From NCBI GenBank assembly GCA_029265075.1, contig JAJUJZ010000002.1:207-64206 (forward strand): a stretch of DNA of 64,000 bases. Reading direction: 5' to 3'. Every line of letters begins with the position of its first letter. Positions within the stretch are counted from its first letter, which is position 1. Source of the DNA: Gammaproteobacteria bacterium (GTDB lineage: Bacteria; Pseudomonadota; Gammaproteobacteria; Pseudomonadales; CAMLJR01). Below the pieces are notes generated by a model. The model made no database searches. It saw nothing but the letters and a program-made list of their open reading frames with translations, and was not told the DNA's origin. This document shows, piece by piece, positions 1-8,459 of this stretch. Both the position numbers and the translations under genes were made by a program.

Positions 1-840
1 CCAGCCATCTGGCTCGAACAGCAGCTCGTCGGCGTTGCTCAGTCGCACCCGGCCCCTGAGGAAGTTGTCGAAGCCGACAAATTCCGCGACGAAGGCGCTG
101 TTCGGCGACTGGAAGATCTCTTCCGGCGTCCCGAGCTGGGCGATTCCGCCCTCCTTCATTACCGCCACCCGATCCGCCAGGGCCAATGCCTCGCTCTGAT
201 CGTGCGTGACGAAAATGGAGGTGTGGCCAACGCTGTCGTGCACGCGGCGCAGATCGCTGCGCAGGCGGACCCGCAGCTGCGCATCGAGGTTCGACAGCGG
301 CTCATCGAACAGCAGCAGGTCCGGTTTGGCCACGACTGCGCGCGCCAGCGCCACGCGCTGCTGCTGGCCACCGGACAGATCCGAAGGGCTGCGCTGCCCC
401 AGGTTTTCCAGCCCGACCAGCTCCAGCGCAGCGCGCACTTCGCGCTCCGCGTCGGCCCGTCCCAGCGATTTCTGGCGCTGCTTCAGCGGATAGGCGACGT
501 TGTCGAACACCGACATGTGCGGCCACAGCGCGTAGCTCTGGAACACCATGCCGATCGACCGCTTGTTGGGCGGCACTGCAATCCGCTCGGCGGGTGCGGC
601 TACCACCTGTCCGCCGATGGTGATGCTGCCGGCATCGGGCGTCTCCAGCCCCGCCACGCAGCGCAGCGTGGTGGTCTTGCCGCAGCCGCTCGGCCCGAGC
701 AGTACGAAAAATTCCCCTTCCCTGATTTCCAGATCCAGTCCATTGATCGCGCCCTTGCCCTTGATCGACTTCTGTTCGTCGATATCGCGCGGGGCGAAAT
801 ATTTGCGCAACCGACTGATCGTTACACCGCTCACTGTCAT
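1..840 (-). CDS. ABC transporter ATP-binding protein (FbpC/PotA/MalK-like); 3' end lies outside the window
   Basis: Missing from the ORF track because it runs off the left edge. My reverse-strand translation from the ATG at 838-840 reads MTVSGVTISRLRKYF... It has Walker A GPSGCGKTT, ABC signature LSGGQQQRVALARA, Walker B LLLFDEPLSNLD and H-loop FVTHDQ. It starts 39 nt after the permease stop on the same strand. Confidence 0.9.
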   Translation of the reverse strand, partial: MTVSGVTISRLRKYFAPRDIDEQKSIKGKGAINGLDLEIREGEFFVLLGPSGCGKTTTLRCVAGLETPDAGSITIGGQVVAAPAERIAVPPNKRSIGMVFQSYALWPHMSVFDNVAYPLKQRQKSLGRADAEREVRAALELVGLENLGQRSPSDLSGGQQQRVALARAVVAKPDLLLFDEPLSNLDAQLRVRLRSDLRRVHDSVGHTSIFVTHDQSEALALADRVAVMKEGGIAQLGTPEEIFQSPNSAFVAEFVGFDNFLRGRVRLSNADELLFEPDGW

Positions 841-879
841 ATCTCCGTCAAATTCTGTATGTCGCTAACTGGTGTGGCA

Positions 880-2652
880 TCAGACGCCACTGGCGAGCTC
901 GTCCAGCGATTGCTTGCGGTGGAGGTAGAGCCGGCCGAGCAGTTTCCACAAGCCCAGCGCGGTGAGCAGCACGGCCGCTTCAGCCGCCAGCAGCACCACC
1001 AGCAGCGCGGACGCCGCCGAGAAATCAGAGGTCGAGTTGAGGTTGTAGACAACCGTCGCGACCAGGTTGAGGTCCGGCGCCTTCAGCAGCAACGGGATCT
1101 CTAGGTTGCCGCTGACGATCACCGCCGCCATGAACCAGCCCGCAAAAAAGCTCGGCGCCAGCAGCCACAGCGTCACGTCGATAAAGGTGCGGCGTGGCGA
1201 CGCACCACACACCTGCGCCGCCTCCTGCAACTCCGGTGCGATCTGCACCACGGCGGCGTTGGCGACCTGAGTCGCAAATGGGATCACCGCGATGATCAAT
1301 GCCAGCAGCAACAGGATCGACGAGCCATACAGCTGTTGCAGGCCGGGTACGCTGATCACGGCCGACGATATCGCCAGTGCCGTCACCGCGCCCGGCATGG
1401 CCAGCGGGATGTAGGTGACGAACCGCACCACCGAAAACTCCCGCGCGCTTAGCCCGCGTGAAATCTGCGCGATCAGGATCGCCAGGAACATCGCCAGCAG
1501 ACCGACCAGGATCGACATGGTGAAAGTCAGCGCAACGGCGCTGGTCACGCGCGGCAGCTGGAAGATGTTGACGTAGTGGCGCAGGGAGAAGTTTTCGTAG
1601 ACACTGGGGATCGGCTGGAATGAGGTGAACAGCACCGAACCGATCGGGAACAGCACTGCCAGCACCAGGAACAGCGCAATCGCGGTGCCGACCAGGGGAC
1701 GGCTGCGCTGCAGGCCGATGCGGCGCCGCACGCCCGCCTTGCCGACCACGGTGACGTAGTTCTTTTTGCCGAGCAGCCTGGCCTGGCCCCAGCACAGCAC
1801 GCCCACTACCGCGACCAGAGCGATCGACAGCACGCTCGCCTTGGCGTAATCGGGGCCGCTCATGCCGGTCACAAAGAGCAGGATCCGGGTGGCGATGACG
1901 TTGATGCCCTGCGGCCAGCCGAGGATCAGCACCAGGTCGAACGCCTGCAGGCCGCCGACCAGTCCCAGCAACACCGCGCCGCTGATGGCGGGCGTCAGAG
2001 ACGGCAGGCTGATGCTGAAGAAGGTCTTGAACTGGCTGGCGCCCGATACCAGCGACGCATCGTCGTGCGCCGGACTGAGCGAGCGGAACGGCCCGATCAG
2101 AAACAGATAGATGATCGCCACTTTTTTGAAGATGGAGGCCACGATCAGTCCCGACCAGGTTTCAATATCGACCAGATAGTCGATGCCGAACAGCAGCGTA
2201 CCGAGATTGTTCAGCCAGCCGGTGTACTTGTTGCCCAGGAACGAATAACCGAGCGCATAGAACAGCGGCGGCGTGGCGAAGGCGATCAGCAGGCCGGGCA
2301 GAATCCAGCGCCGCAGCGGCGCGTCAGTCCGCTCGGAGAGAAACGCGAGCGCGGCAGCAATCGCGGTGGCGAACAGCGTCGTCACCACCGAGATGATCAT
2401 CGAGTTGTAGACGGCATCGCCGATGCCCGCCCCGGTAAAGGTGGTGCGCCACGCTTCAGTGGTCCACTCGCTCTCGAAGCCGGGCGGCAGCGTGCGGAAG
2501 GAGCCGACGACCAGCATCACCGCCGGCCAGACCATCATCACCAGCAGCAGCCCGTAAAGGAACAGCCGCGGGGTCAGTCGTGGCGACCAGCTCGGCAGGC
2601 CGAGGCCCGGGGACCACTTCTCTGTCTGGGTCAGGGATTGCTCAATCGTCAT
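880..2652 (-). CDS. Fused two-module ABC transporter permease (FbpB/ThiP-like)
   Basis: 590-aa ORF that is very hydrophobic throughout. Two EAA-type loops are visible (DDASLVSGASQFKTFFSISLPSL and LQEAAQVCGASPRRTFIDVTLWLLAP), indicating a duplicated BPD-type permease. It sits directly upstream of the ATPase gene. Confidence 0.85.
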   Translation of the reverse strand: MTIEQSLTQTEKWSPGLGLPSWSPRLTPRLFLYGLLLVMMVWPAVMLVVGSFRTLPPGFESEWTTEAWRTTFTGAGIGDAVYNSMIISVVTTLFATAIAAALAFLSERTDAPLRRWILPGLLIAFATPPLFYALGYSFLGNKYTGWLNNLGTLLFGIDYLVDIETWSGLIVASIFKKVAIIYLFLIGPFRSLSPAHDDASLVSGASQFKTFFSISLPSLTPAISGAVLLGLVGGLQAFDLVLILGWPQGINVIATRILLFVTGMSGPDYAKASVLSIALVAVVGVLCWGQARLLGKKNYVTVVGKAGVRRRIGLQRSRPLVGTAIALFLVLAVLFPIGSVLFTSFQPIPSVYENFSLRHYVNIFQLPRVTSAVALTFTMSILVGLLAMFLAILIAQISRGLSAREFSVVRFVTYIPLAMPGAVTALAISSAVISVPGLQQLYGSSILLLLALIIAVIPFATQVANAAVVQIAPELQEAAQVCGASPRRTFIDVTLWLLAPSFFAGWFMAAVIVSGNLEIPLLLKAPDLNLVATVVYNLNSTSDFSAASALLVVLLAAEAAVLLTALGLWKLLGRLYLHRKQSLDELASGV

Positions 2653-2733
2653 CGCTTTTCTACCAAAATGCCGAAACGGGCGCGTGATGGCGCCCGGTCG
2701 AAAACGTCTGTGGGGGCATCCCTGCCCGGATAA

Positions 2734-3906
2734 TTACTGCTTCTTGGGTGCCAGTACCGGCGGTTCGTGGTCCAGATCGAGCAGCGGCAGCAGCAGCTCG
2801 GCGGTGTATTCCGCCTCCTGCGCCTGCGGCCAGCCAGACAGGATGAAGTTGTCGATACCCACTTCGCTCTGCAGCCACTTGAGGCGGTCGGCCACCTGCT
2901 GTGCGCTGCCGACAATGTATGTGCCTGCACCTTCGCCCGGCAGGTCGAGTAGCGCGCCCCACCCCGTCATGCCCGCGTACATGTTGGGCGCGATCTCAAG
3001 ATCCTCGAGGCGCGGCAGACGGCCGGCGCGCAGTGCATCGATGCGCGCCTGCACTTTCGGGTTGCTGCTGCTGATGCCGTTGAGGCCTTCCTTGTGCACG
3101 CCGCGAGCGATCAGCGCCTCGTGTGCAGAGCGCGCGATCGCTTCGGCGCCGGTGCTCTCCAGCAGCTGCTGGAAGTGACGAATCGCCTCCTCCTCGGTTT
3201 CGCGCACCACCACGCTGGCGAGCGCGCCGAACTCGAGGGTCCGTCCCTGCAGCGCAGCGGCCGCCTTGGCGTCCTGGATCTGCTTGGCAACGTCTGCCGG
3301 ATTGCGCAGAAACGCGAGATAGACGTCCACCACCTGCGCAGCGTGGCCAATACCGGCCGGCGAAGCGCCGGCGCCCCACAGCGGAATGCAGGGCGACTGC
3401 ACAGGGCCGAGCGGCAGGTTGCTGGAGAGCAGCACGTTCGAGTCGCGGCCAGAGATGTTGAAGTACTTGCCGCGGTGCGTGACGTTCTCGCCCTTGTAGA
3501 GGCGCTTGAACAGCTTCCAGTACTCGGCGCTCATCTCGTAGCGCTCGTCGTGCTCGACATCGACGCCGTAACGCGCCAGCGTCTTGTCGGTGCCGTTGAC
3601 GAGATTGAACAGCAGGCGGCCGCCCGAATAGTCGTCGAAGGTCAGCGCCTGCTGCGCAAGCAGCGATGGCGGCGTAACGCCCGGATAGATCGGGATCAGG
3701 AAACGCATCCGTTCGGTGACCGAGATCAGCGACGTCACTGTAATGAAGACATCGTGCGCGTAGGTCCCGAACAGCGCGCCGTAGAAGCCGCCGCGGTCGA
3801 CGGTCTGCGCGGTGCGGCGCAGACGAGCGTGATCCACTGGAAAGCGGCCTTCGGGAACCCACGGACGACGACCGTCTACCGGGCTGATGTACCAGAGCAC
3901 TTTCAT
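2734..3906 (-). CDS. LLM-class flavin-dependent monooxygenase, SsuD (alkanesulfonate monooxygenase) family
   Basis: The 390-aa product is collinear by eye with E. coli SsuD as I remember it: RFPVDH, LLFNLVNGTD, HDERYEMSAEY, VDVYLAF, VVVRETEEEA, LEIAPNMYAG, IDNFILSGWPQAQEAEYTAELLLPLLDL. Confidence 0.8.
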   Translation of the reverse strand: MKVLWYISPVDGRRPWVPEGRFPVDHARLRRTAQTVDRGGFYGALFGTYAHDVFITVTSLISVTERMRFLIPIYPGVTPPSLLAQQALTFDDYSGGRLLFNLVNGTDKTLARYGVDVEHDERYEMSAEYWKLFKRLYKGENVTHRGKYFNISGRDSNVLLSSNLPLGPVQSPCIPLWGAGASPAGIGHAAQVVDVYLAFLRNPADVAKQIQDAKAAAALQGRTLEFGALASVVVRETEEEAIRHFQQLLESTGAEAIARSAHEALIARGVHKEGLNGISSSNPKVQARIDALRAGRLPRLEDLEIAPNMYAGMTGWGALLDLPGEGAGTYIVGSAQQVADRLKWLQSEVGIDNFILSGWPQAQEAEYTAELLLPLLDLDHEPPVLAPKKQ

Positions 3907-3932
3907 GATCGTTTCCTGCCTCGAATCAAGGA

Positions 3933-4607
3933 CTATTTGAAGTGGCTAGTCGCGCCGCTCTTGCGGATGGCGCGCTGGATGTCGTCGTAGGCGTCTTCCG
4001 GCAGCGGACGTGCCCCGCCCAGCTGGTCGGCAAGCAGTTCGATCTGCGCGGCGGCCTCGAAGAATTTGAGGCGGGTTGCCGCTTCGGAAATGGTGTCGCC
4101 GAAAACGAACGCGCCGTGGTTGCCGTGCAGAACGCCGGGGATCTCCGGGTAGTCGCGCAGCGTTTCCAGCAGGGGTGAACCATCGTCACGCGGGCTGTAA
4201 CGGGTGACCGGAAGGACGTCGCGCTGACCGAACCGGGGCTGCGAAATATGGATATTGCGCAGCGGGCGGTAGGCGGTGGAGAACGCCATCAGGTACGGGG
4301 TGTGGGCGTGGAATGCAGCCTTCACGTCGGGGCGTGAGGTAAAAATGCCGATATACAGCGGCGCGTACTCGCGTACCGCGGGATAGGGAGCGCCGTGGAC
4401 CACTTCGCCCTGGAAATTGAACACCACCACGCCACGGTCGGGATGGCGCGCCGCGCTGCCGATCACGAAGAGGTTGTCGTCGCCGGGGAAGCGCCATGCA
4501 CCGTTGGCTGCACCGGGGACCGTGCGCGGCGTGTCAGCCAGCTGGTTCTCGACGATCTGGGCGAAGCGGAAAAGGTCAACGCCTTCGAATTCGTTCTGTT
4601 TGCTCAT
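3933..4607 (-). CDS. Class II aldolase/adducin-domain protein
   Basis: 224 aa with metal-binding His motifs AFHAHTPY and VLHGNHGAFVFG, typical of the class II aldolase fold. Same strand, 26 nt upstream of the monooxygenase gene. Confidence 0.75.
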   Translation of the reverse strand: MSKQNEFEGVDLFRFAQIVENQLADTPRTVPGAANGAWRFPGDDNLFVIGSAARHPDRGVVVFNFQGEVVHGAPYPAVREYAPLYIGIFTSRPDVKAAFHAHTPYLMAFSTAYRPLRNIHISQPRFGQRDVLPVTRYSPRDDGSPLLETLRDYPEIPGVLHGNHGAFVFGDTISEAATRLKFFEAAAQIELLADQLGGARPLPEDAYDDIQRAIRKSGATSHFK

Positions 4608-4652
4608 GACTCAGTTCTCACAGTGAATGAAATGGATGGGTGAATGCTCGGT

Positions 4653-5690
4653 TCAGGCGAGTCCTGCCCTCGCCTCTTCCAGCAGGCTGGTATCGATCCA
4701 GCTGCTGATGTCGAAGTCTTCTTCGATAAAGCCAAGCTGCAGGAGGTAATCCTTCTGGTTTTCCAGCGCGGCGATGGAGGTCTCGGTGAAGTCGACGGCG
4801 ATGCTGTCGACCAGCCCGGCGCCGAAGGCCGATTCGACGATCTGCTCCGCCACGGCCTGCTCGCGCGCGATGAAACGCACAGCTTCCTGGAAGTTGTCGC
4901 GCGCCCACTGTTCCGCCTGCAGGATGCGTTTGAGGATCCGCACCACCACGTCGCGATGCTGGTCGATGAAGGCTTCGTCGACGGTCAGCGTCAGCGGCGT
5001 ACTGTTGTTGGCGCGCTCGCGTTCGTCCGGCAGCGAGGCCAGGTCGAAAACGCGGTTGAGACCGAACAGGAATTCGAGCTGCGGCGCGGGAGAGCCGATA
5101 GTGCGCGAGGTGATCACGTCCACTTCGCCGCGAATCAGCGGCAGCAGGCCGTCGGTGTACCAGGCGCGCTCGATGCGGCCGGTGTTGCTGCGGTTCTTGC
5201 GCGGTACCGCGGTGGTCAGGTCGGGCTCCACCAGCGTGACGTCGTCGAATGTCAGGCCGGCGCTGCGCAGCGCTGCTTCATAGGTGCGGCGCGAGGTCGA
5301 GTACTGGAAGTCGATCGGCGCGCTGGTGTTGCGCTGCAGCAGCAGTCGTTTGCCGCGCAGATCGGACGGCTGGGTGATCCCGGATTCCGGCAGGCTCAGC
5401 ACTGCCTGCGGGCCGCGCACGAAGCTGAGGCCGATAACCTTGGTTTTGGCGCCGCGCGAGCGGGTCCAGATCGCCGGGATGTTGCCGCCGTGGCGGATCA
5501 GGTTGCCGAGCTGGTGCGAGAAGTGGCTTTGCAGCCGCTCCGGATTGGCGTCTGCCTGCAGCAGCTGAAAGTCGACGTCGCCGCCAGCCGGAAACTCTTC
5601 CGCGAACAGGCCGAGGTGCACGCCGATGCCGAGTCCCGTCGGGATCGGGCAGCGGGTGTAGTACACCGGAAGGGCCGAAGCTGTGGTCAT
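4653..5690 (-). CDS. Signal-less NMT1/SsuA-fold protein; DszB-type desulfinase candidate
   Basis: 345 aa with no signal peptide or lipobox (MTTASALPVYYTRCPIPTGLG...). Segments resemble remembered DszB motifs: YTRCPIP, SHF-(10 residues)-IRHGGNIP, QWARDNFQEAV. Only 66 nt separate its start from the stop of the upstream receptor gene. Confidence 0.6.
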   Translation of the reverse strand: MTTASALPVYYTRCPIPTGLGIGVHLGLFAEEFPAGGDVDFQLLQADANPERLQSHFSHQLGNLIRHGGNIPAIWTRSRGAKTKVIGLSFVRGPQAVLSLPESGITQPSDLRGKRLLLQRNTSAPIDFQYSTSRRTYEAALRSAGLTFDDVTLVEPDLTTAVPRKNRSNTGRIERAWYTDGLLPLIRGEVDVITSRTIGSPAPQLEFLFGLNRVFDLASLPDERERANNSTPLTLTVDEAFIDQHRDVVVRILKRILQAEQWARDNFQEAVRFIAREQAVAEQIVESAFGAGLVDSIAVDFTETSIAALENQKDYLLQLGFIEEDFDISSWIDTSLLEEARAGLA

Positions 5691-5756
5691 GTCAGAAATC
5701 CTCGAAACGCACTGACTGAAAAAGCGGCCGGCGGCCGCAGCCGCCGACCCAACGGG

Positions 5757-8213
5757 TCAAAAGTTGTAGCTGGCGTTCACGTAGTAGAACGCGCCGTTGT
5801 AGCCAGCCGGTGAGGCTGCGGAGTAGTAGGTCTGACCCAGCGTGCGCTGCTCGGGAATCTGCTTGTCCGGATGGGTATCGAACAGGTTGCGCGCGCCCAG
5901 GCCGATCCGCAGAGCGTCGGTGAAGCTGTAACCCACTTCCAGATCGGTCACCCACTGGGCGCCGTAGGTCTGGTCGAAGCGGCCATTGCTCGGGTGAGCG
6001 ATGGAGAACTCGCCATAACGCACGACATTGAGTGCGGCATCCCAGCGCGCCTGCTGCCAGCTGGCGCCGACCACCAGTTTGTCTTCGGGTGCGTAGTCTT
6101 CGATGATGGCGCGCGTCTGACGGCCCACCAGCACCACGCCGGAGCCTTGCAGCTGCGAGGGGTTGGCTGCCACACCTTCGATCTCGGTCTTGGCGCGGCT
6201 GTATGCAACTGTCAGGTCGAGGTTGCCAGCGTCCAGATCCCATTCGTACTTGCCGACGATATCGACGCCGCGGGTCTTGGTATCCACGCCATTGATGAAG
6301 AACTGCGCGAACTGGATGTCCGGGAAGCCGGCGCTGGTCAGGATCGAGTTGACCAGCGGGCCGCCGAGTGCGTCTGTCAGAACGATGCGGTCGTCGATAT
6401 CGATCTGGTAGGCATCGATGGTCAGCGAAGCGTTGGCTGTCGGGGTGATAACCAGACCTACCGAGTAGTCCAGCGACTCTTCCGGGGTCAGCGCCTTGGC
6501 ACCGAGCGCGCGCGCTTCGGGGCTGTCGACCGGCAGACCGCGGGTCGAGGTGAAGTTGATGGTGCCGACCTGGGTGCTGAGACCGGTATAGGCATATCCG
6601 CTCTGCGCCAGCGCAGGAGCGCGGAAGCCCGAGCTGACCGACGCGCGCAGCGCCACGGCGTCGCTGAACTCATAACGCGCCGATACCTTGCCGTTGGTGG
6701 TCGAGCCGGCGTCGTTGTAGTCGTCGTAACGGGCGGTCAGACCGATGTCGAGGCGCTCGAAGGGCGAGAATTCGGCGCTGGCATAAGCGCTGACTACTTC
6801 GCGCGACAGATCGACCGCATCCTGCGGGTAGAGGCCCGTGTTGCCACGCGAACCGATCAGCGGCACCTGGCCTGCGTTGGGGCCGTCGGGAATCAGCACG
6901 CCGCCATTGGCCCAGGTTTCATAGGTGCCGGCTTTGGTCTTGTAGTGATCTTTCCGGTAGGCAACGCCAGCGGTAAGCGCCAGCGGGCTGTCCAGTGCCG
7001 GCAGCTCGATCTCGGTCACGTAGTCCAGGTTGGCGCCGACCGAGCTGTTCTTGCGCGAGAAAAGACGGTCGAACGAAGTCGGGCTATCTGCGCCGAAGGT
7101 CGGGTTGACCGACGGGCCAACGCCCTGCCCCAGCTTGTTCCAGCCGTACGAGAGCGAGAAGTCGAGCTTGCCGAACTCATCGTCGATGAAGCGGACGCCG
7201 CCCAGTGCGCTGAAATCGCGGTTCTTGTAGGTGGCCACCGGCTGGTAGCCATCCGGAAACAGCTCGCGGACGTTACCTTTGTCGTTCGGCGGAATGAAAT
7301 TCTGGCGCGACTCGTTCTCGCTGTCCGTATAGGAGAGCGAACCGTAGGTGGTCACGGCATCGGTGATGCCGATTTCCGCATTCGCCAGCAGGTTGTAGGT
7401 GTCGCGGTTCGGCGGCTGGGCCCACTGGACGCGGTCTTTGCGAGCCGTAGCTTCCCGGGCATCGCCATCGAAATACCACTGGCGCGGGTCTGCCGGACCG
7501 GAGAGCGGCGGACGCTCGCTGTAACGGTCGAAAGCCAGCGTCAGGAAGCCGTCGCCCGGCAGCTCGAAGCCCTTCCAGCCGCTGATGCTGGCGCCGAATT
7601 TGTCGCTGTCGGCCTTGAACTGGCCGTACTGGGCGGAGAGGTTGCCGCCCTCGGCTTCACCCTTCAGTACCACGTTGATAACGCCTGCAACAGCGTCCGA
7701 GCCGTACTGTGCCGAAGCGCCGTCACGCAGCACTTCGATGTGATCGATGGCGCTGAGCGGGATGGTGTTCAGGTCAACGGGCTGGGCATTGTTGGCGCTC
7801 AGGCCGGCGATGGTGTGGCGGCGTTTGCCGTTGACCAGTACCAGTACCTGGTCGGCCGACAGGCCGCGCAGGGTGGCTGCCTTCACACCGTTGTTCACAA
7901 AACCGCCAGTGGGCGAGTTGAACGAGGGAGCGAGTTTCTGCAGTGCCTCATTGAGACGGGTCACGCCGCCCTTCTCGATCAGGTCTGATTGCACGACATC
8001 GACCGGCGCGGAGCTGGTCAGCGGGGTAACGTCGCTGCGGCTGGTACCGGTGACGACGATCTCTTCGATCGAACCAGCCCGCGCGTAGTCGGCCAGTGTT
8101 GCAGGCTGGATATCCGTAGCCGCCGCAAAACCATTGGTTGAATTGAAAGCAATGAAGGCGCTCAGCGCCGTCAACTGAAATTTTCTGCTACCGATATATG
8201 AAAAAGCGGACAT
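5757..8213 (-). CDS. TonB-dependent outer-membrane receptor
   Basis: 818 aa. Signal peptide MSAFSYIGSRKFQLTALSAFIAFNSTNGFAAA, TonB-box-like IEEIVVTG, plug motif LRGLSADQVLVLVNGKR, and a long beta-barrel region ending in the aromatic terminus ...NASYNF. Confidence 0.92.
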   Translation of the reverse strand: MSAFSYIGSRKFQLTALSAFIAFNSTNGFAAATDIQPATLADYARAGSIEEIVVTGTSRSDVTPLTSSAPVDVVQSDLIEKGGVTRLNEALQKLAPSFNSPTGGFVNNGVKAATLRGLSADQVLVLVNGKRRHTIAGLSANNAQPVDLNTIPLSAIDHIEVLRDGASAQYGSDAVAGVINVVLKGEAEGGNLSAQYGQFKADSDKFGASISGWKGFELPGDGFLTLAFDRYSERPPLSGPADPRQWYFDGDAREATARKDRVQWAQPPNRDTYNLLANAEIGITDAVTTYGSLSYTDSENESRQNFIPPNDKGNVRELFPDGYQPVATYKNRDFSALGGVRFIDDEFGKLDFSLSYGWNKLGQGVGPSVNPTFGADSPTSFDRLFSRKNSSVGANLDYVTEIELPALDSPLALTAGVAYRKDHYKTKAGTYETWANGGVLIPDGPNAGQVPLIGSRGNTGLYPQDAVDLSREVVSAYASAEFSPFERLDIGLTARYDDYNDAGSTTNGKVSARYEFSDAVALRASVSSGFRAPALAQSGYAYTGLSTQVGTINFTSTRGLPVDSPEARALGAKALTPEESLDYSVGLVITPTANASLTIDAYQIDIDDRIVLTDALGGPLVNSILTSAGFPDIQFAQFFINGVDTKTRGVDIVGKYEWDLDAGNLDLTVAYSRAKTEIEGVAANPSQLQGSGVVLVGRQTRAIIEDYAPEDKLVVGASWQQARWDAALNVVRYGEFSIAHPSNGRFDQTYGAQWVTDLEVGYSFTDALRIGLGARNLFDTHPDKQIPEQRTLGQTYYSAASPAGYNGAFYYVNASYNF

Positions 8214-8348
8214 TTCGACTTACTCGCCTACAGCAAATTTGATGGCGGCGATTAAGCCAGTCGGGATATGGCTGAGTGAAATATTCTTTTTAGGTATGAA
8301 TATCGAAAGATTAGCTAACGAAGCCGTCTATCAAACCAGTGCAGCGCA

Positions 8349-8362
8349 TGATAATGAATTAT
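8349..8362. promoter_or_regulatory. Weak Fur-box-like AT-rich dyad upstream of the TonB-dependent receptor gene
   Basis: TGATAATGAATTAT (bottom strand ATAATTCATTATCA) lies about 140 nt upstream of the receptor ATG in a 246-bp AT-rich gap. The first half matches the Fur consensus GATAATGAT. The second half is offset by one base, so the match is partial. Confidence 0.25.
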
Positions 8363-8413
8363 GGTTCGGCGGGGTCGGATTGGAGCGACGTACCGGAAGG
8401 CCACTCTGAAAGG

Positions 8414-8449
8414 ATAAAAATTGCGGGAGCGGCCCGGTGCCCCGGGCCG
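8414..8449 (-). terminator. Possible intrinsic terminator after the SIMPL gene
   Basis: On the minus strand, the hairpin CGGCCCGG-GGCA-CCGGGCCG (8430-8449) is followed after 9 nt by TTTTT. The U-tract is not adjacent to the stem, so this is weak. Confidence 0.35.
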
Positions 8450-8459
8450 TACATTGCAG

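Noticed and set aside
202-1104. A 300-aa plus-strand ORF crossing the ATPase/permease junction.
   Set aside because: It lies opposite an ABC ATPase with complete Walker A/B and signature motifs and spans an intergenic gap, so I treat it as a composition artefact.
5871-7988. A 705-aa plus-strand ORF inside the TonB-dependent receptor gene.
   Set aside because: It is an antisense shadow ORF. The minus-strand product has a signal peptide, TonB box, plug and terminal Phe, while the plus-strand product has no features.
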